63,614 nt of DNA, filler included, from Phoronis australis (GCA_002633005.1; 11 parts of 11 records of this genome joined end to end with filler, not necessarily neighbours in it); one strand, 5' to 3'. Shown: positions 47,881 through 60,750, numbered from the whole stretch's first letter. Notes: generated by a model not told the origin, from the sequence alone. Program-made: numbers and translations.

Positions 47881-50800
47881 GAGCTTTGCTTGGTAGAGTT
47901 CCGTGTATAAGCCAAGGGCATGTATTTGGCAGGTGGGACTTATTGAGACCGTAGCTCAAATCCTAATATTCTGTATATGCCCAGCTGAAAATGCTGGGAA
48001 ATTGAAGTCTTTCAGGACATTCTTCTCAGTGGCATGTGGTAGTGGAAGCAGTTTGTTGTATAATTAGTGTACAGAGAAGGAGTTTCTAGTTTGACAAACG
48101 TTTCACTGTTCATTTCCTGTGAAAATAGCGAAAGTTTTAGGTTTCACACACGCATTTTCCCCTAAACTGCTCTGGACGTATATTTAGAGAATGGGGCTAT
48201 TCGTAGAATTCTCCTCGCGGTGTCGCTGCTGTACTAGTGGTGATCAAATTGCGCATGCGTGGCTTTCTGCATGTAAACAGCTGGTAAAAGATGGAATTTT
48301 TATCAAAATACGTTGTCGCGCTAAGCCTTATTACTGCTAATTTCCCTGGTGCAAGTCTTCGACAGGTGGCCACAAATTCCCTAAAGACCTAAGGTTACTA
48401 TATTCGTGGACAATTGCGGTCAACAGGGTCAACTAACTGACAAAAAGTGTGTGGATGCTGAAGCCTCGTGTGTGCTCTATGACTATGCAGTTCCCGGCAT
48501 TCGGAGACTACACAACATTACTTGGTAAGTTTTTAGCAATCANNNNNNNNNNNNNNNNNNNNNNNNNNNNNNNNNNNNNNNNNNNNTTAATTAATTAANN
48601 NNNNNNNNNNNNNNNNNNNNNNNNNNNNNNNNNNNNNNNNNNAAACATTCTGTCTGATTATCCTCAGAGCTTGTATTAAAGAAGAACGGGAAAATATCAA
48701 CAATCCTTTCGAGTACAAAGATTGGAAAGTCTCTGCCACAACTTTCATGTTTTATGTATCAGAGACCAAAGAGTACAAGGAACGGTACTTTCCAAGGCTT
48801 TTAAACCACGAAAATTTTCAAATATAATGTCTGAACCTTGAGGTAATATGTTTTGGTTGTACCTGATGACATGTGCGGGCTTAAACGACATGCACATATA
48901 CATGTATAAAGGCCGTTAGCCTTACTGCTGTCAATAAAGTTGCTGTTGTTCTAGCCGGGACCAGTTCAACTTTTAGGTATGGCGTGTGGGAGAATCAGTT
49001 GAATGAAGACAGAATGGTTTTTAAGTACCAAATGTTGATCCGCAATTCCAGACTGCTGACGGCTTACTGTAACATTTGAACATGACTAAGGATCTGCGAC
49101 AGATTTTGCAAATTCGTGCTCATAACATTTCTCATTTGTGGCATTTGTTTGCGTTCGTTTGCTCCGGTGTTGAAAATTCCTATGGAAATCACAGTCACTA
49201 AAACTGTTTGCAACTCGATCCGCCGTTTTTCAACCCTACTGCAAAAAAAGAAACATCGATGGAAAGCCTTTCACCAGTTCTTGATGGTGTATTATTATGG
49301 CAGAAGCACACAATTAGTTTGTAAATAATTATCTGTTTGCATACCTGACAAATTTCCAAACATTCCTTTTAATTCTAACGACCAAGAGTGCAACCAAAAT
49401 GGGTATAATAGCAGCATAAAAAGAAAATGAACCACGATTTTTATTTTTATGACGAATTAAATCAGCAGGGATATGATTTCAGTGAATCAAAAGATTTCTA
49501 CACCATTAAGGCACAAAAATAGAGAATATGACGTTTGGGACGCAATTTTGTTACACTAATAAACAAATGGACTCCGGAAACTAACAATGGTCATGATAAA
49601 GCCATAAATAAAACCTGTTCCGTTGTTGTCAACAATCGAGAATGAAAAGTGGGACAACCTGAATAGCGTGAAGACATGGCGACGATGTGAATATGAAGTA
49701 CGATGAAAATTGCGAAACGTTTTTAATAAGGAGTTTTGTGTCGAAAATGATCCGCCGCCAATCACCCAACCGTTGCCAGTAAGTATCGTTACTTGGTGTT
49801 GGGGGAACTAACACTGCATGATGTGGGCTATGTGACCCCCCAAGGTACGTCATTACTGCAAAGGTCAACTATTTGCAGATTTTTGTTTTCACATTTACAA
49901 ATTATTTCAAATATCAACGTCGTTTAGTTCCCGTTTTACATTAGCATAGCTAGGAGCAAGGAAATGTATCTTTAAGTCGAATGCGCAAACATTGGTACCT
50001 CAAAAACCTACCGTCTTTCCTCTTTAGTCGAACGAGAAAATTGTGCTATGTACCGTAGTTATGTTATATTAATGTCATTGTCATCGTGTGTCAAAAAGTT
50101 GGGCGTTTTAAGGGTGTGGCAGGACGGCCGGAAAAAGTAAAAAAGCGATAGCCCGCCAAGAACGGAATAATTGGTAACTACAATGTGCGCGATCAGCAAC
50201 GCAGAGTATTGGTTAGGATAGGTTTTTTCATTTTTCGAACTTTTTTCATGGGTATATCTAAATAGTACAGATAACATTCACGGCCCAGTAATTGAATAAA
50301 CAAAAAAGATAATCATTGATCGAATGAGTTAAATATTATAGAAACAATTTAAAACAGCAATAGTGGAAAACACGAACACGCAAACTTAGCTAGGCAAACA
50401 CCAGTAGTGTTTCGAAAGTCACGTGAACACAATTGCTAGTAGGGGCTAAACGTTTCATTTACAATTGCAGAACGAACACCCAGAAACCAAATGCCACTTC
50501 TTTCCGTTAATTACAGTAGCATGACTTTAACACCCAGTAATGTCTAATTGAAACACTTCTAGTGTATTTTGGTAGGCTGTCTAATGCATTTCTAAGTTTG
50601 GAGATGAAAAAATATTAGAGGCTACAACTGCAGGCCTGCCTAGTTCCGGTATCCGTCCAGGACCGCTGTTTGCTGAATGACGAATGAAATTGCTGTGTTT
50701 GTTGACTAGTTCATCCGGAAAATCGCTATATGTCTAGAACCGTAGATTAAGAGTCTCGCTTGATGAACAAAACTGTGAAAATGAAAACGAAACAATTTAA

Positions 50801-51007
50801 GCATACTTAATTTCAAAACTACAATACTCGAACAAAACTCAGCGGAGCACACAACCGAAAATTCCAAATACTAATATACAATGGCCACGAGCGAGAGTTG
50901 ACATTCCAGGTCTAGAGTTTATGGCCATAGGAACTGGTTCCTAGTACATGTAAGGACTGTAATTCTGGCAACCATGTGACAATTATCATATGCCAAATAT
51001 ATCTTAC

Positions 51008-51406
51008 GTATGTTGATAAACATAAGTATCTCTGTTTTCTGTAGTATTGTGCGAGCCGTGATGGCATACTGGGGCGCCACGTGTTGGAGTCCTGTGTTGG
51101 TGGCCATGCACGTTACTTTCATCCCGTGCTCAGGGCCGTCTCTGCTCGCGCTAAATTCCAAGTCACGCTTGTAAACAATGCCGTCAGGGGAATTGTTGGG
51201 ATCTTCAACAACGGCTTCTTCCTTGGCTGCGTTGCCCGGATCGACGAGCCATTCCAGTGTGCCCGACGGATGCATAGGACCAGAGATACATCTTACTCCC
51301 ACAGTTTTACCAATTGGCACAAAGTATATTCGGGGGTATGTTTTGTGCGGGTCTCTTCCTTGCAGTCTGTCATCAATGATTTCAGTTGCCAACGTTTCTG
51401 GCCCAT
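51008..51406 (-). CDS. Immunoglobulin-like (C2/CD80-like) domain exon
   Basis: VGVRCISGPMHPSGTLEWL...HGMKVTCMATN. 399 bp, phase 1-1, TTCAACAG| acceptor and |GTAAGA donor. Joins the upstream exon to give VLYGP. Confidence 0.8.
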
Positions 51407-52790
51407 CTGTTGAAATAGTTTTCAGAAAGATCAATGGCGCTTGACAATTGATGAATCATTCTGTTTGTTCTAAAACAATGTGTGGCATGGCGTACAGGTC
51501 TGCTGCGATGTAGTATATCACACTCGACAAATATCGTAGCACCCTAAGTGTGACAATGCGTGCCGGGTGCGACAAAATATGCCGTGAACGCCGACACCTA
51601 CCCGTAGTCTCTTCTAGAGTAGCCCCCGAAACATTGCAAATAAACATGGGATGCAAACCTTAGCTTGGTAACTGCAATTTTTCGTTACCCTGGAACTGTC
51701 TGTGAAAAGTCATGTTGGATTTCCACATCTCCACTTGAGTACTTGCCAAGAAAAAATATTAAAGACAATATTTCACTCAAAGCTGCACCGAATCATGCAC
51801 ATTCGCTAATAACTAACTTTTCGATTTTCGGCATTAATTGGAAGAAGAACGAAGAAATGTTTGAGTATTGGCTAAGTAAATATCAGGCTTTATGTTGTTT
51901 TTTTTGCCGTCAAACTGCTTTCATTTCCCCATGATGAACGACACCAAGCTTTACTTTCAGATGTCAAATTAGAGCACCCGCAAACACTATCTGACGAAAG
52001 GTTAAATATCTGATATTCAGTTGCGAGCATTCATTGGTCGACACATTATATCTAAAATCGAGACAGCCAACCAAATCACTATAGTCATCATCTGTCAAGG
52101 AATGGCGCGGCATGCGCTTATCGTGTGTAGTGATGCAGGAGTGGCTGTCGCGTACAGATAAGATGAAACCAGAGAGACAGTCAACATGTAGTCTTGACAC
52201 CAAAACACAGATGCAGACTTGTACGTGGGAGTACTGGCATGCCAGTGAAGGCTGTGGAGCATGCGAAGAAACCAACTGGCGTTCAAAGTTTCTACTTTAT
52301 TGGGCCCCCAATCATCTCCAAAAGTCCGATGGGAGCGTTCAACAAGAATTGATAGACTTCCCAAGCCCACCAAGCCGTTGTTCCAGGTGAAAACTGGATG
52401 GTGTGAAACCAGTGCATTCCCCATACTTTATGAACAGTTAGCGCCACAGATTAGGCATTGACACTCGTGGGATTTCGCATCAGTCTGAGCAGACCAGGCA
52501 TATGCCATTACTTGTGAAGCAGAGTGAGCTACGTTCAACCACGCAATTATTTTCTTTGGCCGGATATGTACAGTGTAATTGTCGTAAACAAACTCTCGTT
52601 GCGCATGCACCACCTAGTGAATTTTGAGTTTCCAATTGCCTATGTCCTAGATATTTGTTTCCAATATTTTCTTTGCAATGAAATTGGAAATGACGAACCA
52701 GGTTTGTCATTTCAGTAAGATTTGAAATACGAAAGTTAATACACGCTGTCGACCGTGAGGGCTGGCGTCCTAAACGGTACCGGTACTTAC

Positions 52791-52965
52791 ACAGCACAGA
52801 CACCGTCATCTCTCGTTTCGCCCACTCGAGGCAATAGTTAGACAGCAAAGTACAGGCCACTTTGTCTCCATGGGCGTTTTTGTCGAAAGTGTTTGACCAA
52901 GTTGATGTCTGTTTACCATCGTGCGTTTCATCGTCGTATTCTTTCGTGTATGCCAAATGGCCGAA
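52791..52965 (-). CDS. Preceding Ig-like domain exon (5'-truncated) of a nephrin/hemicentin-like Ig protein
   Basis: DGKQTSTWSNTFDKNAHGDKVACTL...EMTVSVL followed by a phase-1 donor |GTAAGT. Confidence 0.7.
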
Positions 52966-53077
52966 NNNNNNNNNNNNNNNNNNNNNNNNNNNNNNNNNNN
53001 NNNNNNNNNTTAATTAATTAANNNNNNNNNNNNNNNNNNNNNNNNNNNNNNNNNNNNNNNNNNNNAAAAAAATCAAG

Positions 53078-53953
53078 TTGAGTATGCCAAATCCTGCCGA
53101 TATCATCACTGGAGACGCAGAAATCCCCGTTGGGAACCGAATCTGGAATTGCACTCAGCTGGAGGAGTCTGTTCAGAAGTCGTGCGTTTGTAAGAGATGC
53201 CGTAAAGGTGTAGTTGTCTTGCGAGAGGACACCGAGCGTCGACGTGGGTGGTGTTCCGTGATGCGATGGAAGTGCACGCGCTGTCAAGACACGCCGCGCG
53301 AGGCATGGACTACTACCTCCCGTCTGAGTGGAAAGTTTTTTGAAATAAACCGTGCTTCTGTGCTGGGAATGCGCGCCGTTGGTCGCGGAAGAAGCTCGGC
53401 TGCTAAACTAAGCGGATTTTTGAACTTGCCGCCGCCCGTAACTCAGCGAATGTGGACAAGTCACACAAAAACGGTGCTCGAGCAAATTGTTCCGGAGAGC
53501 GAGCAATGCATGAGGGCTGCAGGAGAAAAGTTGCGAGCGCTTTTGACGGACGTGGATGAGGGACAAACCTTAGACTGTGCAGTTACGGTGGACGGGTCAT
53601 GGCTAACACGAACGGGGAATTCAAAGCACGGTTTTGTTGCTGTGGTAGCGATGGAAACTGGTGAAGTTTTAGATTGTCATTATATGTGCAATCACTGTAA
53701 AAAGTGTGAGGAGTTTAAAGCTCAGCCCCACACTACTGCGGAAGAATTAGAATTTGAGACGGAGCATTTTGAACAATGCCGGCTAAACCACGATGGCAGC
53801 GCTCAAGCCATGGAAGCAGCCGGGGCACTCGAGTGTTTCTCACGTTCCGTGGAGAAACACAACCTCCGATACAACCCATTCGTGGGTGATGGTGATAGCG
53901 CTGCCTTTTCAAAAATAAAACGTGAAATGCCATACGGTCCTCACTTTGAACAC
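53078..53953 (+). CDS. Transposase 5' part (Zn-finger plus first two catalytic Asp); in this copy it is followed by a deletion into the 3' UTR
   Basis: ORF 53078..54082. Homology stops at GPHFEH (53953), after which the sequence equals 56056 onward. Confidence 0.85.
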
Positions 53954-54741
53954 GTAAACGTTCAGTACCGAGTTTCATTTGCTTTTTCTTCGCTCTGTTC
54001 GACAAACTTGCATATATTTCTCAAGTATATTACTTTCTGTATTCATTCCAATGCACCACTTCGTTGTCACAGTTCTGTGTGAAACAGATCTATGACATTA
54101 TAGGCATTGGTTGGACATAATTACATCTATGCATTCATTCCATGTCTTACATATATTACCGTTTTCAAAAGAGACGATCAATTGCGACGACAAAAACTTT
54201 GACGATGTTACCCAAGCTTTACAGAAGTTTCTAGACCTTTGGTGAAGCAAACACAATGTTCATGCCTAAACATCAAGAAAACTAAACAATCAACTCAGTC
54301 TTGCTCATTTGTCACTCATCAACTAGGGGTGTAACATAAATCTGGCGCTGCGAAAATTTTGTGGTTTCTCAATTCTTGGCCAAGCAAGTTCATGTGCACC
54401 GTATTTTGTTTTTGGGGGGGGATAATTGTACACGTTAGGGATTAGCGAAATCTGGTGCTGCCACGAATCATGATGTCCATAATAAGATCCTTGTCAGGCA
54501 CTGGGACGGGCCATCCGCGTACACACTATGGGCAGCAACTAACACTTGTCTAACGCACGGAAAGCGAACGAACACGTGGATTTCAAAACTGGTGAAATCT
54601 TGCCGTGTCTTACTGTCGGCGGCTTTGATGCAACTATCAATTAGAGCCGAAGTTATGCAATGCTCTCGGTGTGCCACACCGTTGAGACTCAGTTCAATTT
54701 TGAGTTTGGCCCCGCTGTTCACTTCAAAGTGTCTACAATGN

Positions 54742-55905
54742 GTGATGGTGATAGCGCTGCCTTTTCAAAAATAAAACGTGAAATGCCATACGGTCCTCAC
54801 TTTGAACACTTCAAAGAAGAGTGCATAGGACACGTCCAAAAAAGAATGGGTACACGACTGAGAAAAGTTGTCACCACTTACAAAGGTAAGCACCTACTAT
54901 AAAATTCTATCTGTTGTATACGTGTAAATTTCCATTTGAGTTTTTTGCCAAAATTAAAACGAAGTTGATGACAAAAGTTTGAGCAAAATGATTTCGGTTT
55001 GACGTTTACGTTCACTGGTCAAGCTAGTAATAGTTCTGACTACTGTCATAATTAGTGTATTTAGCTATTGTTGCTTTAGTATTCTAAAAATTAAATTACC
55101 GTTATCACGTGGCCAAATTATTTTCACGAAAATATTTGGTGTAAAGTTGGGCGAACGTTATCCGAACACACATTTGTAAAATGTTGTTGTTCCAGGTAGA
55201 AAACTGAGTGATGGGAAAGGGATTTCGGGGTCAGGACGCTTGACCCAGGCTCGCATTGACAGTTTTCAATGTTTTTACGGCCAGGCCATCAGGCAGAATG
55301 CGGGAAACCTGGAGGGCATGGTACGGTCTACACGCGCGATACTGAAACATTACGCTGAAACTGCAGATCACGCTGACTGTCCGCGCGGGGCGAATAGCTG
55401 GTGTAAGTTTCAAGTCGATGCCGCTACAGGATGTACAAGTCACCAGCCAGTCGATAAACCCCTTCCAGACGTCATCGTTCATGTGCTGCAACCAGTATTT
55501 GACCAGTTATCGTCTCCGGACTTACTTCGCGGTTGTCTCAATGTGTTATCGCAGAATCAGAATGAATGTTTCCATTCAACTGTTTGGAAAATTGTGCCAA
55601 AAGATCAGTATCATGGGAGCGAAGCGGTAGAACTAGGTTTACGGCTGGCTATAATGTTTTTCAATGATGGACACACTGAAGCCGTGAAGTCGGAGTTTGC
55701 TGCTGCAAATATGGAGCATTCCCTTATATCTGAAAAATGCTTCACGCGCATTGACAATGAACGGCTTCGGAAGTGTGAAAAAGCAAACAGCGATGAGATT
55801 AAGAAAAAAAGAAAGAAAAAAAGAAACTCGAACCTCAAACAGTTAGACGCCTTTAAAAAGAAAGAGGGCGTGCAGTATAAATCAGGTGCATTTCATGCCA
55901 GTTGA
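54742..55905 (+). CDS. Transposase 3' part, spliced: exon 54742-54885, intron 54886-55195, exon 55196-55905
   Basis: AAAG|GTAAGC...TTCCAG|GTAGA restores YKG-RKLSDGKGISGSGRLTQARIDSFQ in frame. C-terminal basic NLS-like KKKRKKKR. Confidence 0.85.
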
Positions 55906-56699
55906 AAAGAATTGTTCATGCTAGTTGAGAATAATTGTGATAAACTTATCTATCCAAGGCACTGTACAAGTTTTCTGTGAATCGTACTGTAATTTATTTT
56001 CATGTGACGTACTTATGAAGTTGCTGTGTCTGTCATTCTCCATTAGTTGTTTGTTGTAAACGTTCAGTACCGAGTTTCATTTGCTTTTTCTTCGCTCTGT
56101 TCGACAAACTTGCATATATTTCTCAATTATATTACTTTCTGTATTCATTCCAATGCACCACTTCGTTGTCACAGTTCTGTGTGAAACAGATCTATGACAT
56201 TATAGGCATTGGTTGGACATAATTACATCTATGCATTCATTCCATGTCTTACATTTATTACCGTTTTCAAAAGAGACGATCAATTGCGACGACAAAAACT
56301 TTGACGATGTTGCCCAAGCTTTACAGAAGTTTCTAGACCTTTGGTGAAGCAAACACAATGTTCATGCCTAAACATCAAGAAAACTAAATAATCAACTCAG
56401 TCTTGCTCATTTGTCACTCATCAACTATGGGTGTAACATAAACCTGGCGCTGCGAAAATTTTGTGGTTTCTCAATTCTTGGCCAAGCGAGTTCATGTACA
56501 CCGTATTTTTTGGGGGGGGGGGGGNNNNNNNNNNNNNNNNNNNNNNNNNNNNNNNNNNNNNNNNNNNNTTAATTAATTAANNNNNNNNNNNNNNNNNNNN
56601 NNNNNNNNNNNNNNNNNNNNNNNNAGATTAATGATCTTGCTCCACCACCACAAGAAAATTGAAAAATGTATTATTCTCACCATATAAATAGACTAATAT

Positions 56700-57190
56700 G
56701 GCATGTCGACAGTTCCTTGGTATTACCGTTGTCAAACACCTTTCATGGTCCCCCCACGTAAACCTCATTTCAAACAAACTTAACAATCTGTGAACTCATA
56801 TCAATTGAAATCCTATCTTTCTCTCTCTCTCAGTTAATATATAATTCACTTGTCATCCCACATTCAAACTACAGCATTGCAACTTGGGGTTTTGGTAACA
56901 CTAAGAAACTTCGGACAGCCCAAAAGAGGGCCTTTGGAATATGTCAAATTCCAGTTATAATGGTCACACTCTGCCCATATGTAAGGAATTTTGCTTCTCT
57001 CTACTTCAAGACTTCAAAAATTTTCTACAAATTCCTCAATAATCAGCTTCGTAAGTGTTTTTACACTAACAACTTCTTTACTAAACCCATCCAATATAAA
57101 CCAACTAGAAACATTAAAACTCAAGCTTACCTAAATGAATACTCAGCTGCTATTCCGACAATACAACCAACCCAAAATTATAATTAATTC
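56700..57190 (+). pseudogene. Degraded CR1/L2-type LINE reverse transcriptase C-terminal region
   Basis: FLGITVVKHLSWSPHVNLISNKL, then after a frameshift LIYNSLVIPHSNYSIATWG..TKKL.TAQKRA. Contains stops and frameshifts. Confidence 0.75.
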
Positions 57191-57743
57191 CTCAATCCAA
57201 CAAATNCAAGAGCCTGTGTTAGATTTGAAATTACTTGCCTAAAAACAAGAAATACCAGTCTCTGCTCTACATTTTGCAAAAACACACTCTTTGCAAGCAT
57301 TCTACAGGTTCCCAAAGGAGGTGGGTAAAACCATGTTTGACACAAGGAAATGGATGATACCAATTGTAGCAATATTAGGAAAAATGCTGCTGGCCTGTAG
57401 TATCAAATTTGCCTGTGCCAGGATTTCAATGGAATACAAACCCATGAATAGAGCAGCTGTCACAGGCTCGTTCACTAGGAAACTCAAACTGTATAAGAAT
57501 TGATTTCATTTATGAAATCAGAAAACTATATTAACGAGAACAGCTATCATAACGGGGAAGAAGAAAACCACACGGTCTTGTTCAGTAGCTCTAGAAACAT
57601 TCAATCCCAAAAACAACATGAAGGTAATAAATTTTCTACCAAACTGACCTTCTGAGAACTTTTTACTGCCTTCAATTAAAGCATGGTAAACAAGAAATTC
57701 CCCAGGTTCGATTTATTATGCAATCACACTTTGCACGCATACA

Positions 57744-58751
57744 TCATTCATCCTGGAATCTTTTTGGAGGAGCCGGATAAGACGGAGGATATCCAACTGA
57801 GTAAGCTGCTGTGCTGGACTGTGGCTCATAGGGGTTACGGTAAACTGGCCTCGTAGCCAAGCCAACATTCAACCCACTGGCTGTATCCGCAACACTCACT
57901 GGCTTATTAAGGGAAGATACAGGGGTACCTAACTTGGACTTTCGTGGGGTAATGGCAGGTCTTCCCCTAGCACTAGGTGGAAGTGCTGACCTCTGTTGTT
58001 GGCTCTGTTCACTACCAAGAACCTTCTCGTCTTCGACATTTTGACGACTTACCGAGGGTGCTGCTAATGAATTTCTGTTAGGATTGACATTCTTCATCAT
58101 GTGATCATTGATGGCATGTTCTTTTCTGTCATGCAGAAGGGGATGCGGAATAGGAGGACACGAGGTAACACGAGTGGAATTAGCTTGACCTGGAATGACG
58201 TCCTCCACAGTCGTGGGTACATCAGACACTGGACTGGTCAGAGCAACTGGACTGCTTTGAAGAGAGTTCCTCAAAAACCGGACCACAGGAACGGGGTTTC
58301 TCGCAGAACTACCTCCAAGCTGCTGGTCAATCTCTGAGTAAGGTGGTGGCATGTCCCCCACAATGATATCATGGCCAGACGTAGCGACCTTACCAGAAAC
58401 TGCTGCAGAAGTTGCAATGGAGGAAGCGGGTTCTGGCATGGATTCAGACATCAGCAATGGTGAGTCAGTGATGTCTTTGACTGTATACTGTATAATATAC
58501 TCGGGGTAACACTGCTGTTTTTCTGTCACCATGTAAACAGCAGGAGTAATCAAATCATCCAATACTGTGTGAACAGACGGTGCCTGCAGTGAACCAGATC
58601 CAACCAGACCAAGGGCAACACGGCCCACAAACATAACCACGGGACCGTCTGCTTTAGACAGCATTAACCGGTGCGTGAGGTGAGATGCTTTAGTGAAATA
58701 AATGCCGTTACCCAGTTTTGAGAAGTTAGGAGTGAAGTTACACTTCGTGAC
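57744..58751 (-). CDS. PARP (ARTD) catalytic domain, C-terminal half, degenerate, followed by a Pro/Ser-rich tail of about 245 aa; 5'-truncated
   Basis: The frame is open from the contig edge: ...LGNGIYFTKASHLTHRL...MFVGRVALG...VLDDLITPAVYMV..QQCYPEYIIQY. This matches the PARP7/11/12/13/14-type signatures G.G.YF, MF..RV..G and Q.YPEY.I.Y. Confidence 0.85.
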   Translation of the reverse strand, partial: VTKCNFTPNFSKLGNGIYFTKASHLTHRLMLSKADGPVVMFVGRVALGLVGSGSLQAPSVHTVLDDLITPAVYMVTEKQQCYPEYIIQYTVKDITDSPLLMSESMPEPASSIATSAAVSGKVATSGHDIIVGDMPPPYSEIDQQLGGSSARNPVPVVRFLRNSLQSSPVALTSPVSDVPTTVEDVIPGQANSTRVTSCPPIPHPLLHDRKEHAINDHMMKNVNPNRNSLAAPSVSRQNVEDEKVLGSEQSQQQRSALPPSARGRPAITPRKSKLGTPVSSLNKPVSVADTASGLNVGLATRPVYRNPYEPQSSTAAYSVGYPPSYPAPPKRFQDE

Positions 58752-60214
58752 NNNNNNNNNNNNNNNNNNNNNNNNNNNNNNNNNNNNNNNNNNNNTTAAT
58801 TAATTAANNNNNNNNNNNNNNNNNNNNNNNNNNNNNNNNNNNNNNNNNNNNTCATGTCACTGATCAGTTTTTGATTATCAATGATGAAAGAAGTATTTAA
58901 TTTGTGCCGAATCGGCAAGGAACTTTTGTATCCAAACAAGCAGTTTGCCACTTGATAACGGAACCTGGGTCCAATAAAGTTACTTTCACACAAGAGACAG
59001 TTGTCACGGTGTCAGTTGTCACAGCGCGACTTGCTCCACTTTAGTCGCATTTACACAACATTAGATCGCAAATTGGATCAGCATGAGTCACACGATGACA
59101 GTGTGCGCATGTTCGCATAAAAAGGAGCGAATGTCCAAACCACGCGAAATGTCAGTAGATCACCTGAATATACGCTATTGCGCACGCGCATTGAAAGATG
59201 ATCCCTTTCTGCCCTGCCCCAGTTGTGTTTAGACGTGTAGTTGACACTGGAGCAACTGATTGAGTGTAACTGGCTCTACCTATCAAACCACTGTTAAAAA
59301 CAGGTCGCTGTGGTTTCACTAACGTTCCGTGTCAGTCAAGTTTACACACACACACACTTGCACTGGATCAGCTGTTCTGTGTTGGCTGTGGTGTGTCAGC
59401 TGTCTCTCGTGTAAAGGCAGCTTAATATTTTGTCATGTAGGATCCTAGATTAACTTCTAAATAATGTCCATTTATTTCTGTAAGAAAGGCCATAGGCCCA
59501 CTGTACAAAAGAACAACTACATGTAACATACTTAAGAGAGCAACAAGCACAGAGACGAAAAGCATAAAATATATACTTACATAGATTAACTAATTTAGTA
59601 TCATCACGTGTTGGTATTAATCTATTAAACTTAAAAATAGATAGAAATTTTCAGTACCACACTTTAATTTTCTCTTAGTTCAGAATATTTATCACTGATT
59701 AAAGGAAATGGTACTCTTTTTTCACTACACTGGGGCAGAAGGGACACACTCTGTTTGCCCTATCTAAATTAAAGTGCCTGCCTGAGACTGGCTGGACATG
59801 ATTTGTGCTCGGGGTATACTCAACCTTAAACATTTTTCCAATTTGAATTCCTTTTTAAATTGATTATTAAGACACAGTTCTCCTTGCAAATGACAATCCC
59901 TCATTCGCTGTCTAAAAGTTAACTGAAAAGTATTTTCATACAAAATGCCTTGATTTAACCAAACTTCGTGGAATCATAATTTGACGAAATATGTCTTGAG
60001 CTCATGTGGCTCAATTTCGGGAGTGTGGACCATTTTGATCTAAGTCATGCAAATTGTCGTGAGGCGCCTTTGAGTTATGATGAGGAGGCATTTTGAGAAG
60101 TTTGAACCCTCCTTGGCATTCATAAAATTTTAATTATTTTTCTCCATGGCCCAATCAGTAAGGCGCACATAAATGGGCAGCACAACATAGGGGGCTGGGG
60201 TGGGGGCTTGCTAT

Positions 60215-60750
60215 TGGAAATTTTTGCTATTTTCGAGTCTGTTTTTTGGCATCCGCTGTTCTATTAACCAAACCATTCTAGGGATGATTTTAAAAATTGG
60301 CATATATGTTCTCAGTGTGAAGAGGACGGTTGATGATGACAACTTCGTCTACTGTGGTGCATCCTAGTTGCAGTTTTGTTTTGTTTTGCACTCGTAGCTC
60401 TATGTCCTAAACCCCCTGCAAAAACTTTATTAAATTAGTAAGTGTATTTATATGAAGTTAACATTAGACGGCGTCTTTCAGATGGATACGACGAAGGCAG
60501 TGTGCCATTTAGTGGCAATTTCATTTTTTCCTGTTTTCTGTGTTTCTCTGAAGTTCCTTGACAGGTTTTTATGAAATTTGTTAAATAGCTCTCTATTAAA
60601 GAAACAATGGTATATTTACGATTTCAGATGGATTTGACATAATTTGCACCATCTAGTGGCCATTTTTATGATACAAATAAACAACCCTAGAAGCACAGCG
60701 TTTGTGGTGCATTCATGGAAGCATTTCAACTCTCCGTGTTGCTCTTGTTG
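60215..60750 (+). mobile_element. Inverted, diverged copy of the 3' part of the 8076-9755 HINE
   Basis: Reverse-complement match to about 8076-8620 (e.g. TTTCTCTGAAGTTCCTTGACAG, AACAACCCTAGAAGCAC). Ends CTCTTGTT. Confidence 0.7.

Larger units (their letters stand above)
53066..56524 (+). mobile_element. DDE DNA transposon (Mutator-like transposase family / Kolobok-type): internally deleted version plus undeleted version, joined at n 54741
   Basis: Transposase motifs CxxC...CxxC, VDGSW, CxxC, NHDGSAQAME, GDGDS, ECIGHVQKRMG, GRLT..ID.FQ.FYG.AIR, CPRGANSWC and QNQNECFH. 53954-54420 is nearly identical to 56056-56524. The element ends are not in the window. Confidence 0.85.

Noticed and set aside
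48385-48525. Peptide RPKVTIFVDNCGQQG... ending at a GTAAGT donor (third exon or transposase DNC motif)
   Set aside because: There is an in-frame stop just upstream, no clear acceptor and no further motif support.
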